Part shown: one piece after another, positions 10,469 through 22,280 of the stretch
Layout of the letters: each line of letters opens with the position of its first letter
Position numbering within the stretch: the stretch's first letter is position 1
NCBI GenBank assembly: GCA_004764695.1
Contig: SMSO01000032.1
Span: forward strand, 4,868,483-4,932,482
Direction: 5' to 3'
DNA: 64,000 nucleotides
Source of the DNA: Schizochytrium sp. TIO01
Taxonomy: Eukaryota > Protista > Bigyra: Labyrinthulomycetes
Program-made: the position numbers and the translations under genes
Notes under the pieces: model-generated
The model's database searches: none
What the model was told of the DNA's origin: nothing
What the model saw: only the letters and a program-made list of their open reading frames with translations

Positions 10469-12852
10469 TTAGGCTGCAAATTCAGAGTGGACCTTTGTCA
10501 ATCTTTGTCCAAGCTTCTCAAAAGTCTTTTCTGACTTCTTCTTGGACTTGTACTCCTTCTTGGCAACAAATCGAGTTTTACTCACGGAACTGACACCAGA
10601 AGGCTGCTCACGCAAGCCAAATGCACGGGCTACATGGCCAAGGTGAAGCTGTTTAGGGTGGAAGATATGTTTGGTTTCCTTGGAGTGGACAGCATATGCG
10701 CGAATGTAAGCAACAAATGCGTCTTCGGCTAGAGCCTTGAGACTTCCTCGGAAAGCAGGTCCCACAGGTTTCTTTTTGTTTTTAGTCGGAGTGGAGTTGG
10801 GGTTCTCACGCTTCGTTTCAGAGTCTACAAGATCCTCAATTTTAATTTGCAGCAATTGTGCAGCAGCTTCAGGGTCCGATTGAGCCTTGGCTAATGTACC
10901 TGTAGCTTTGGCCTTTCTAGACACCGGTAGCGGCATACCATTTCGCGTCCGTGGGGGATGCGTATTTGGAAAGCGCAGCATACATAGTATGAACATGCAT
11001 TTCCGAGAGGCGAAGGCCACGCTTCGAAAGAACGCCTAAATAAGCCTGCTCACTTGGCGTGAGGAACAGCAAAGCAGAGCCACGCTGGCCCGAGCGAGCC
11101 GTGCGACCAACACGATGCACGTACTCAGAGATTTCACTGGGTGGGTCATACTGGATAATCCAATCTACCATAGGAAGATCCAAACCACGTGCAGCGACAT
11201 CTGTGCAAATCAGAATACCGTGGTTTGCCTTGCTGAAGTCTTTGATAGCTTTTCGGCGTTCGTTCTGATCAATACTTCCGTGAAGTCTCCACCAGTTTGT
11301 GCCAAGGCCACGGTTCGAGTGTACGCTTTCGCTGTCTTCAGCAGCCTCACGACGGGGCGGCCACTCAATTTTGGCCATCACACCGTGAAGAAAATCAACT
11401 ACAGCACGGCATGAGACGAAAAGTAGCATCTTTACATTGTATCGGTACCGCTTCACCTGGCGAAGTACGAAACTACAGAGAGCCACAAGACGCTGTTTCT
11501 GCTCCACGATCATGTAGTGTTGCATGAGAGTTGTTGGCACAGCAACAAGACCAGAGTTTGCAGCACTATCATCGCCTGTTGTTGCTGCTTCAGGGTTTGG
11601 TTCGCCGCCGTTATCAAGGAGCATCTCTTCTGCAGCAGCTGCATCTTCAGCAGATCCACTTGCCGCTGCAGCAGCAGCGGCTGCACGTGCGGCCTCGGCA
11701 GGGTCGATGTCGACGGTAACAGGGTCGTGAAGACTACGATTAGATAATGCCTTAACCTCGCTGCTTAAAGTTGCAGAACAGAGAACCGTCTGTGTACGCT
11801 TAGAGGATTTGGCGGTGACATTCTCATCAATCCAGTCAAGGACGGTCTCGATTTGTTTCGAAAAACCAGGGTCGGTGAGCCGATCTGCTTCGTCCAGCAC
11901 CAGCCATTCGAGTGTTCCCTTGCGCAATGTATCGCCAAGTGTTTGAGTGTTCTTGAGATGATCTAAAAAGCGTCCAGGAGTAGCCACAAGCACATTGAAA
12001 CCCTTGCGGAGCCGAGCCTTTTCACTTTTTCGTTTCTCGCCACCAATGAGTGATCCAATAATGAGCCAGTGGAATGGCTTGGAGATGCGTTCGAGGACCT
12101 GCATGATCTGATAGCATAGCTCTCGTGTTGGCGAAAGGATGAGAGCTCTAAGACCACTGCCACGATCAATACGCTCTGTGCGTTGGTGGAGGCTATTAAT
12201 GATTGGCAATCCAAAAGATAGAGTCTTGCCTGAACCTGTTTGACTCTTAATCAGCACATCCCGCCCGTCGATAAGCGCAGGAATAGCACGTGTTTGAACG
12301 AGGGTGGGGCGAATGAATCCCATACCATTCTCTGTCGTAGGTGCGACAAGAAGCTTTGCTAGATCTTCTGAGAGTCCAAGCTGATCGAACTTCATGTCCG
12401 CGTGTTGCTCGCGAGGAGGTGCTGTTACCTTAACCTCACGAGGGGGCGCCTTCTCCACGACTTGGGTGGGTCTCACGACCGCAGGTCTGGGCGTTGCCAC
12501 ATTTCTGGGTGCTGCTGGGCTTGAGCTAGTTGAGTTTTGCGGTTTCTGGTCCCTGAAAGTCTTCACGGCAGCTGGCTTCCTGCTGGCAACACCTACATCA
12601 TTGTTCACTGTGGGCGCGTTATCTTTGCTAACATCAGGCTCAGTTGCCTTGACTTCTTCACCACCTTCTTCGTTTCTCGAGCGATTTTTGTTTGCCTCTT
12701 CGAGCTCGAGCTCAGCGTGGTTAGGAGGCTTGTATGTGGCGAGCCTGGTTCGTACGTTCCCAAACCTCTGGAGCCCCTTATCGTTGCTCTTATTATTATT
12801 GTTCTTGTTGCTGTTGCTGTTGCTGTTGCTGCTGTTGATGTTTTTAGGTTTG

Positions 12853-12891
<39 letters not shown>

Positions 12892-13085
12892 CTGCTTCTG
12901 TTGTTGTTCTTGTTATCACCATCGCTGTCGTTGTTGTTGCGGCGGCCCGCAGAATCACCACCTCGGCCCTGCTGGATCTTAGGCCGTTTCTGCTGCTGCT
13001 GTTGGCGGGGAGCAGCTTGGCGCTTCCGCGGGTTTGGGGCCGGCGATGGCGCCGGCTCGTCGTCCTCCACGATGTTGAGCAGCAT
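10469..13085 (-). CDS. DBP7: DEAD-box RNA helicase DBP7/DDX31-like (60S biogenesis); frame break near 10917-10983
   Basis: Motifs [44 protein letters not shown] and HRVGRTAR lie in ORF 10917..13085. The conserved C-terminal extension ([12 protein letters not shown]...[22 protein letters not shown]) lies in a different frame, ORF 10469..11020. A poly-Asn tract sits in the N-terminus. Confidence 0.9.
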
Positions 13086-14410
13086 GGACTTGGCAGTAGC
13101 AACGGGAATTGGAGTTGCAGAACCAGCAAATCCATCTTCAACGAGTGGTTCGTGAGCAAAATCCAGGAGTTGATATTATAAAGGTAAATATGTGGGTTGG
13201 TGAGGGAATTCGTGTTCTGACTTAAAGAAGACTTGCGAATGATGGACTTTGACGGGTTTGGGTGGATTGTGAACGTGAACAAGTTCATGAATTTGATGTA
13301 GAGAATGAAAATCAAGGACAGGCTGTAAGAGTAAAGACGAATTTCCAAATTGCGTTTCGTCGTTTCACAAAGAAGGGAGGACCACGGTTCACATTTCGTA
13401 TATATCATTTGAAAGTTATATGAATCTACATAGGTTTAAGGGGTCTATAAGAAGGGCCATCTTTCTAACAGCATATAATATTTAGAAGTCTTTAAGATCT
13501 CACCAAAAGTGTAGTTACTTTGCGTCTGTTTCTTCAAAAATGCGAAAAGTATTGAGTACTACTCTCAAAAGTGGTTTATCGTGAGAGGATGTTGCTTCTT
13601 TTTTTATTGGAATGTGGAAAGGTGCATTTGACCAAGAAAAAGGCATCAAGTGTATAACCACATTTTCTTAGGTAAACTTTCCAAAAGTCTGGCTCTGGTC
13701 ACTTGATTTATGATAGAGCAATCCAAGAGGTTATTATCTTCAGGTTAGTCTGATGGTCCAGATACGGACGTGTAACTTAGGAGTTCATACAAAGGTCTTC
13801 GCAAAAAAAATCTTACGTGAATTTCATTGGAAGAGAAGCGTGCAGTAAATCAAGTTAGGGGAACATGAAACTCGTGGTATATTGTAGATATTGTGCGAAG
13901 CCCTCAAGATCTGAATTAGTGCTTTTCTTTCGAATCGGTATAGATTGTGAACAAAGTGATAACTTTCGTTTTTCATTTTTCCTTTTTTTGCAAGCAGAGG
14001 ACAGGTTATAGCATAATTTCTGTGAAAGACTAGCTGTATAAGGCCGACCTCGAACAAGATAGATGCATGTGGAGGCTAATTGTGGCGGTATTTGTGATGA
14101 CGGGGTTGCCCCCTCCCTTTTCTTCTATTTTTAGTTTATCGATCTCGGCGTGGCCCCGCCCAGAAGCAGCGAGGGCATGCCACCTAGAAGCAAGGAACAA
14201 GGTTGACTCAAATTGCAAAGGGTGCAATGCGTTTTGTGAGGTTTCCCTGAACAGCTACGCAAGCACACACATTTGCATGCAGGCAGGCATGCAGTATCAT
14301 TGAATGATGAAACAAATCACAGCCTAGACAGGAATACCAGCCAAAGGATTTGACTTTTCATTCCCTTCGCTAGATGTGTGCCTTGGTTGAAATCCCTCGT
14401 GCAGGTTGGG

Positions 14411-15776
14411 TCAGTTTAGTTGCCCTTCTTTGCCTTTGGCCTTGGCCTGCTTCTTCTCAGTCTTGTTCTCCATGGCCTCGCGCACGAAGGGAATGAAGGT
14501 CATGCCGGCCATGTAAGGCACGAGGACAGGGGGCACGCGCAACACCATCCTTCTCCTGGTAGTTCTCGAGAACGCAGGAGATGGTACGGGTGAGAGCACA
14601 GAGGGTGGAGTTGAGCATGTGGACATACTGCTTGTCCTGCTTCTCTCCGAAGCGGATGTTCATGGCGCGGGACTGGTAGTCGGTACAGTTGGAGCAGGAC
14701 ACGAGCTCCTTGTACTCCTGGTAGCTGGGGAACCAGGCCTCAATATCGTACTTCTTGGAGGCAGCGTTGTTGAGCTCTCCGGAGACGATGTTCACGACAC
14801 GGTAAGGGAGGTCAAGGGACTGGAGGAACTCCTCTGCGATGTTGCGCATCTCCTCGTGCATCTCCCAAGACTTGTCCGGGGTGGTGATGCAGAACTGCTC
14901 GATCTTGTCGAACTGGTGCACACGGAAGATGCCCCAGGTATCCTTGCCAGCCTTTCCGGCCTCCTTTCTGAAGCAGGTGGACATACCGGCGTACTTAATG
15001 GGGAGCTCTCCGTCCTGCATCCAGTCACCCATGTGGTAGGCACAGATGGGCTGCTCACTGGTGGCGATGAGGTACTTCTCGTTGTCACCCTTCTCACCGG
15101 TCACGTGGTAAAGAGACTCGTCGAAGTCAGAGAGCTGTGCGACACCAGCCATGACGTCCTTGTTCATGAAGTATGGCGGCTGAAGCGGGGTGTAGCCCTT
15201 CTTGGTGAGGAACTGCAGAGAGTAAGTGATAAGTGCCTGGTTGAGCATGACTGCAGGGCCCTTGAGGAAGTATCCACGGTGGCCAGCGGTTTTGTTACCG
15301 CGCTCGGGCTCGTAGCCGTCAATGCGCCAGAGGAGCTGGTTGTGGGGGATGATGTCCTCGTCAGACTTGCACTCACCGTAGGTGGCCTCAACCTTGTTGA
15401 ATTCCTCATCGTTGTGCACAACTACAGACGGGTGCACAAGGTTTCCCACGAGCGGGAGAAGAACGTCGAGCTCCTGGCGCTTCTCCTCGGCGGCCTTCTG
15501 CAGACGGTCCACCTCAGCAGACAGATCGCGAGCGCGGGCCTGCTCCTCGTCAGCGTTCTCCTTCTTCTTCTTCTTCTCACCAACGAGCTTGCTCACAGCA
15601 TTCTTCTCCTCCTTGGTCTTCTGCGCATCAAACTCAAGCTGGCGCCACTCCTCGTCGGCCTTGACGATGCGATCGACAAGGTCCTTCTCCTCATCGGACG
15701 GGAATCGCGCCTCGTGGGAGGCACGGATCTGAGCCAGGGTCTCAGGGTCGCGGAAGAGGGGGAGGCCGAGAGGCAT
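14411..15776 (-). CDS. SARS1: Seryl-tRNA synthetase, cytosolic type; single-base frame break at ~14540-14542
   Basis: N-terminal coiled coil, YLIATSEQP, motif 2 CFRKEAG...GIFRVHQFDKIE, ELVSCSNCTDYQSR, HMLNSTL. The conserved tail RVPPVLVPYMAGMTFIPF continues in the +1 frame (ORF 14411..14626). Strong C/G-ending codon bias. Confidence 0.95.
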
Positions 15777-16810
15777 CTTGACGCACTACTTCGAAGCTCG
15801 CTACGGCGAAACTGGCTGCTGCTGCTCTGGCTGCTGCTCGAGATGCCGATGCCGGGTGCCTTTGATTCTGTTTTGACCTCGCCGCCGCTGTTGCTCTTCT
15901 TGCTCTTGCTGTTGCCGCTCCTTCTCCTTCTCCTCCTCCCTACGACCTCCTAGCCACTGCTACCGCCCCCTACTCCCTCTTACTCGCTTGGCTCTGCTTT
16001 GCTCTGCTTTGCTCCACTTCTCAGCCAATTCTCTCTGTATCCGCGCGGCCTTACTATAGGCTATACGCCGCCCGCAAGTAGACAATGCGGGCGCACAGTC
16101 GACAATGGGCCTCGGCAAGTGAACAATCGGTCGATCTGTAAGGCAAAGCGCGAAGTACATCATCGTAAGTAACCTCGTTTATGCAATCAATGCACGTATG
16201 TTTAGAGAGATCGACGACGATGGCTTTGCGATTGGCTCTTCAGGGCTGACATCGCGGCGGAAGCTGTTCATGCGAAGGGCCTGAAATGCATCGATCGATT
16301 TGGCGCATTCTTTCATTCATTCATTCATTCATTCATTCATTCATTTCTTCTATAAAACGATGAATGAATGAATGAATGAAAGGAATCAATATCAATATCT
16401 TATCTTATATTTGGCACAACGAGAATTGGTGACAGACATTTATTTCATTGCGCAGTTCCCCGCGTGCAATCCTGGCGTAGCTGGCGACGTCCTGGGCCGC
16501 CTGGCGGCTTGCCGTCCTGCCCTTGCTCTTGCTGCGCATACGGATGGGTGGGTTGAGGGAGGGCCCTGCAGCAGCTGCAGCTCTTCGCAATCGTGGCCGT
16601 CCCTTCCTTCGCTGGTGTGGTGTCCACGAATACTCCACTTGGCGGCCGCAGTACAAAGTGAAACTTATTCTATAACCTACTGTGAGGGTGCCCGAAAGCC
16701 TACTTTGGGCCACAGATATACTGTAGGAAATAGGCGTGTGGCCGTGGTGCCGCTGTTCCCCGCGAGTTGATGGGAAGCGGCCAAAGGACCGTTCTCTCTC
16801 TGTTCTGTTG

Positions 16811-16996
<186 letters not shown>

Positions 16997-17965
16997 CGAC
17001 AAGTAACTCAAGGAGGACATTGAAGTGGATTGGCAGATCTGGAGCAGCGAAGATTGTCAGCTTTGGGGGGAACTTTTATTTCATTTCGTTCATGTTTTCT
17101 AAACTGAACGCACCCAATCATGAACGTGTTGAGGAAGTTTTATAACTTGCTGCATCTTGCTGCAAGCTGCTTGTAGAGAGAAGAGAGTCTCCGTGGTCCT
17201 ACAGAGTGGCAGCCGCCAGGACTTCATGACGCTTTAAATGCAATGAATGACTGTCTTCACAGAGAATTTCTGAGGTCCATACACACGACTCAAGTTGCGT
17301 TTTGCCCCAATGTTTTACAATCCAGAGGAGAAAAATTAAATGAATATAATACGTAGTACGACGCGACAGCATTAGAGCAAGCACCAAGAGAACGCAAGCG
17401 CCTGAGGGATTGCGGTTAACAGTTCTGGGAACGAGGGAGACCGGAAGCAGGCTCTTTAGAGGTTGGTAGAACGGCTGTGGTGCGTCTGTTTCAGGCCTCA
17501 AGCGGTGGCAGTTCTATTAATTAAAATCGAGAAAGGAACGGCGCGGACGTTCCTAAAAGTAGAAAGTGAGCAAATGCGGCAATAAATGGGAAGCTGCTGC
17601 TGCTGCTGCTGATGATGATGATGGTCCCTTTCATCAAAAGACGTTAAAGGTCAACCACAGCAGACCACTGTTTCTTTCAAAGTTAGGTAGGTACTGATGC
17701 AAAGATTAAAATTTATGGGGGGAAAACAAAACAAAACAAAACAAAGAAACTTATGAATGACCTGGAGCTTCATCGCTAATACCAAAGATAAGTCAAATAT
17801 TCGAGAAAATAACTTGAAATTGAATGATCTCCGGCATAACAAGTAAGTTGGTAGTGCTTTCGTTGCTCAATATTAATTTGATGTATTTTTATAATTTATC
17901 TTTTATAACCTTTATAAACTTTAAAGCATACTCTAGAGAATTACTGACACAAACACCCTAAACCT

Positions 17966-20900
17966 TTACATTTCGAAAGTAGCCACTGTAATTGGAATGG
18001 CCTTATGCTCAACGTGCTTTGAAGATGGTCTCGTAAATCTGTTTGTGCTTAGCTGGCGGGTATTTTTTGGCTGAGACAACCTGTTTGCTCGTGTTGCTTG
18101 AATCGTAGACGTGGTCCGTGGACCAGGAGTTTTTTGCTCATCAAAACAACTTGTCTCTTCAGATTCATCGTTGTACGATCCACTATCGTACTTGCTAGCG
18201 TGGCTCTGGTTGTCTTGATCTCCTGTCACAGCGTTGTTGCTTTTTTTGTCCCATGGTTGTTTATTGTTTTTATCGGAAGCCAGGTTCATTCTGGCACAGT
18301 AACCATTATTCTTTTCCTCTAAGCATTCATCACCTTCCTCATTTGCATCATCCAGCTCCTCATCAACAATGCTAGAATCTTCAGCGGTTTTGCTCTCCTT
18401 GTCCTTATTACTGTCGTAGAGATTTCTCGAGCGCTGAGTCCGAGCTCTTGATGAAGACCGGCGGCGAATGATGAATTTCTTAGGAAGACTTGCCTTGTTA
18501 TAGGACTCAATACCAGCCCCACTAAGTGTCAAGTCAGCAGTAGCCTCGAGCTTACGGCGAAACTCGTTTGGCGAAGCATAGAGTAGCTTCCATTTGCCTA
18601 AATCGTAGTCGGACGATGTAGCCTTCGTACGCAGACGACGTTTTCCATCACCGTCAATCCTGTATTTGTAATCAAGCACGCACGCAACTGATGACTGCAA
18701 AGCAGCACTTGCTAAATCTCTTGTCACAGCTGTAGAATACTCCATGGATGGACTACTATTAATCTCAATGAGCCATGGATTCAATTCATCATCGAGCATG
18801 AAGTCAAATCCAAATATCTCAAACGAGTGTGTGCGGGAGCGTACAAGATCTTGGACACAGCTCATGGAAGCTTGCACAATTGATTCCATGGCTGGGCGAA
18901 TACGTGAAGCCCACGCACTCGACCCCTCAGCAATATTTTCTTCATCCAAATATTTAAGAAACTCATCCCGGCGCCACATATTTTCAGCAATGGGTCCATT
19001 GTTAAAGTTCTCACTATGCTTGCTGATACTGTTATTGGCTAAGTGAATGTATCTATCTTCAAGATCTTGCAGAGAATATTCGCCTACACAGAATCGGAAG
19101 TAACAATCGTCATAAAAGAAAATCGTCAATGGGTTCCAACTTGTCACAAGCACCCATTGCCGAATATCAAATTTACGCCGCTTGATAATTAGCGAGTTCT
19201 CCATATATTTTTGAACCACCCATTTAGTTGTTTCCTGTGTATTTGCGCGTGTGTAACGAAAAAGTTGCTCAATGTTGTTAAAACACTGAATGCCTCGTCC
19301 ACGAGACTTTCCAGCAGGCTTGACGATCCAAACATTCTGACCAGTTTCTCCGTTTATACGGCCTTGGTCGCCTCGATGTGACAAAAGACCTCCCAGTGCA
19401 CGTTTACTCCGCAGGATCAACTCTTCGTCAATAGTTTGTGCATTTAGCGACCCCTCCCGGGCAGCTTCAGCTAATTTTCGAAGCTGATGGCGGATATATT
19501 TTCTCATTGCTTTAGAACGAGGGCCAACATCTTGTAAATCTGGATATTCTTCGAGCTTGCCTTCGTCATCCTGTGCACTGGCATAACGTCCAAAAAATCG
19601 GTCGTGATCTTGAGTTGCCACGCAGTGGTCAAATAACTGGTCGAGATTCTCCGACTGAGCATACTGCATGGCACCTGTAAGGAAGTTTTTCTTGAGAGTT
19701 AGGGACTCGTCACTTGCATTGCTTATGATAGCCCAATCAATAGGGGATACTACTGGAGGAAGGAAGCCCACAGGTGCATCCACATAATCATCGTTGTAGC
19801 GGTTCACAAATTTATTAGCCACACGAATGATAGTTCGCAGCAAGAATGGTGAGGCTTCAAGAAGACTGCCAGGGTCAGCTTGCAGTTTTTCCCGAATCAA
19901 CTTGAGAAGGCGCTCCACAGCAGTCACTTTGAAGTCTTCAACAAAGTCATCTAGTTCGGCACGGTCCAGCGTCCCGAGGTTGTAACATCGTGGGAAAAAG
20001 CTATTAGGATCAACGCTATCAAACCAGTGTAAGTCATGCAGGTTTTTCGCAATGCCAGCTTTGGAACACATCTCTCCAGTACCATAGAACCTGTTGATAA
20101 TTTGCTCCTCGCGTAGGCCTCCTTTGTCGAACGCGGCAACAGACCTTGCGAATTGAAAATCCCAGATTTGGGACTCCTTATCTAGATTTTCAAACCAACC
20201 TCTCCGTAAGAGTTCATCACGTATGGCTGGGTACGCTTCCGAGCAGATGAAAACTGGAGTGTTTTCTTGTATACCGTGTCTCTGGGCCCATTTAGCGCGA
20301 TCAAGGGTTCTTTCAAATTCAAAGTCGTTTTTGTTTGCTTGTCGATGTTTTGCGTAAACAGCCGGGACTAATGCATTCGAGGCTGCCTCGTCGTCTTCAC
20401 CATTATCGCTAAAATTGTTATTGTTGCTCGTACTACGTCGCGCAATCTTGTTCCTGCTGGAGTCTTGGCACTTGGCTTCTGCATCGGCAGGATCATCACA
20501 GTCCTCTGGGCATGCATCCCGCTGTGCCTGGTTTCGGGATGAGAACGAGCTTGAAGAGGTCTTTTCCATGACACGACGGGCTGCTTCGGCAACAGCGCTA
20601 CGTTTTTCTCGTGTTCGTTCTAGCTCTGCTTCAGATGCCTTCTCCGCAGCACGCCTTTTCTCAGATAGCTTTCGAAGATATTCGGCATGCCGAGGATCAG
20701 GGCCCTGGTTCTGTACGCGTTGAACAATCTGTTGCAATTTGCGTTCGCTCTGCTCGCGTACCTTAGATTCTTCTGCTTCTACATCCTCAGGGCGAAGTTT
20801 AACACTGACTTTCTTGGGAAGGAGCAGGCGGCTTGTAATTGTGTCTGCACTGTCTCCTAAGGCCTTTTCCCGTACCTTTTGTCGTCGGGCAGCCTCAAGT

Positions 20901-21067
20901 TTTGCTTCCCGTGCCTGCTCAGCTTTTCGGATCTCTCTTTCCTCATGCAAACGTTTGAGTAATTGCGCTTGGCGCTGCTCGGCGGATGTTTTTGGAGTTG
21001 CTCCCGTTGGGACAAGTCCGTGACGGGTATCTGTCTCCACACGAGGACTAGACGAATTACTCGTCAT
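17966..21067 (-). CDS. Tubulin-tyrosine ligase-like protein, TTLL3/TTLL8 (tubulin glycylase) type
   Basis: WIVKPAGKSRGRGI, WVVQKYME, KFDIRQWVLVTSWNPL, HLANNSI, FEIFGFDFMLD, WLIEINSSP and FFPRCY. N-terminal coiled coil. First ATG at 21067. Confidence 0.9.
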   Translation of the reverse strand: MTSNSSSPRVETDTRHGLVPTGATPKTSAEQRQAQLLKRLHEEREIRKAEQAREAKLEAARRQKVREKALGDSADTITSRLLLPKKVSVKLRPEDVEAEESKVREQSERKLQQIVQRVQNQGPDPRHAEYLRKLSEKRRAAEKASEAELERTREKRSAVAEAARRVMEKTSSSSFSSRNQAQRDACPEDCDDPADAEAKCQDSSRNKIARRSTSNNNNFSDNGEDDEAASNALVPAVYAKHRQANKNDFEFERTLDRAKWAQRHGIQENTPVFICSEAYPAIRDELLRRGWFENLDKESQIWDFQFARSVAAFDKGGLREEQIINRFYGTGEMCSKAGIAKNLHDLHWFDSVDPNSFFPRCYNLGTLDRAELDDFVEDFKVTAVERLLKLIREKLQADPGSLLEASPFLLRTIIRVANKFVNRYNDDYVDAPVGFLPPVVSPIDWAIISNASDESLTLKKNFLTGAMQYAQSENLDQLFDHCVATQDHDRFFGRYASAQDDEGKLEEYPDLQDVGPRSKAMRKYIRHQLRKLAEAAREGSLNAQTIDEELILRSKRALGGLLSHRGDQGRINGETGQNVWIVKPAGKSRGRGIQCFNNIEQLFRYTRANTQETTKWVVQKYMENSLIIKRRKFDIRQWVLVTSWNPLTIFFYDDCYFRFCVGEYSLQDLEDRYIHLANNSISKHSENFNNGPIAENMWRRDEFLKYLDEENIAEGSSAWASRIRPAMESIVQASMSCVQDLVRSRTHSFEIFGFDFMLDDELNPWLIEINSSPSMEYSTAVTRDLASAALQSSVACVLDYKYRIDGDGKRRLRTKATSSDYDLGKWKLLYASPNEFRRKLEATADLTLSGAGIESYNKASLPKKFIIRRRSSSRARTQRSRNLYDSNKDKESKTAEDSSIVDEELDDANEEGDECLEEKNNGYCARMNLASDKNNKQPWDKKSNNAVTGDQDNQSHASKYDSGSYNDESEETSCFDEQKTPGPRTTSTIQATRANRLSQPKNTRQLSTNRFTRPSSKHVEHKAIPITVATFEM

Positions 21068-22280
21068 GGTGCCTTCGGAGGACTCACACAAAGTTTACAA
21101 AGGACGTCCAAGGTTCCGAAGAGTTATTAATATACTGCTTGCGGAGGCTCGCGCAGAGTTCCTGTTTGCGTCTATGCTGAGATATGCCGGTTCTGCTATC
21201 TTACATGGAGCAAACTACTTTTTGCTTGGAAGTTGTAAATACCAAATTGCTGTGGCCTATTTTGTGCTAAATAGAAAGTACGGGGCCAGATGGCGCCACC
21301 TGCTTCGATGAAAATAGTGATGCAACCAGGACGTCCTGTGTCCGCTTGCCTTTCACGCATTGCAGCGGCGCTATAGCTTATTATCCCACTAGAAACTCAC
21401 AGTTCCTTGGAAGGTGTGCACCCTTTTATGTTGCCGTTGGTTGCGGCTGACGTCAGAATGTCTGGCCAAAGAGGTAGCGAAAAAAATCAAGCACAGCTTT
21501 GGCGTTTTCTCTATCTTGCTTGGCCTGACAAAACGGGCAAGATAGTTCACCTACGCACTAAGTGGTCGCCCGTCTCGCAGAACGAGCTTTATGGTTGCCG
21601 CCTCATTAAAATTCTAAAGTTAACCTAGTGCGAAATTAAAAAGAAAAAAGCTTCATAAGCATCATTCAATGTAATGGGAAAAAGAAAAAAAGTGAGACGA
21701 GATACTCGATCTTATGACTCATTAAGACGCTATCTATGGGTTTGAGACTGTACCTCTCTTGTCATATTGTGACAAACATCGTGAAACAGTCATAGAAACT
21801 CTAACTGTCTTTAATAAAGATTAAGAGATTCTTTCTATGTAGGATCTTTGTCTGGTTTCCAAGATACCTTGAGTCTATGTAAATTCATATGCAACCATTC
21901 TTCTACAAGAAAATTGCATAACAACTTTTGCATACTCTAATGGAAGAAACACAGCCTTGCAAAATAAGCTGTTCTTAAGCTTGCCCGTTACCTCATTTTC
22001 AAAATTGAACCCTTTCCAAGGAGGAGGCACTCAGCTTCGACGAATCACTCACTCAAAACCTGCCCAGCATGAAAGAATTTCGTCCAAAATCATGGTCAGT
22101 TATGGTCAAGTATTCAGCTTTATCCTGGAAGACAAATAAGAATGAATTCTCAGTGGGAAGGGTTAACTATATATTAAGGTTAAACTGAGAAATGAAAGTA
22201 AAACGAAATATAGAGGGAATGGTGATGTTGTTTGATTAAAAAAAGAGGTAATCAGGAATATATTTTGTTTTTTCTTCAAA

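Noticed and set aside
10917-10938. 22-nt GTATG...TAG mini-intron as a fix for the DBP7 frameshift
   Set aside because: Splicing it creates an in-frame TGA at the junction.
12394-13408. Alternative ORFs overlapping the DBP7 N-terminus
   Set aside because: Produced by the (AAC)n/(GTT)n repeat; no independent protein signal.
14619-15953. 444-aa antisense ORF over SerRS (likewise 32267..32821 over IDI1 and 35137..35763 over uL13)
   Set aside because: These are shadow ORFs expected from strong C/G-ending codon bias in the sense gene.
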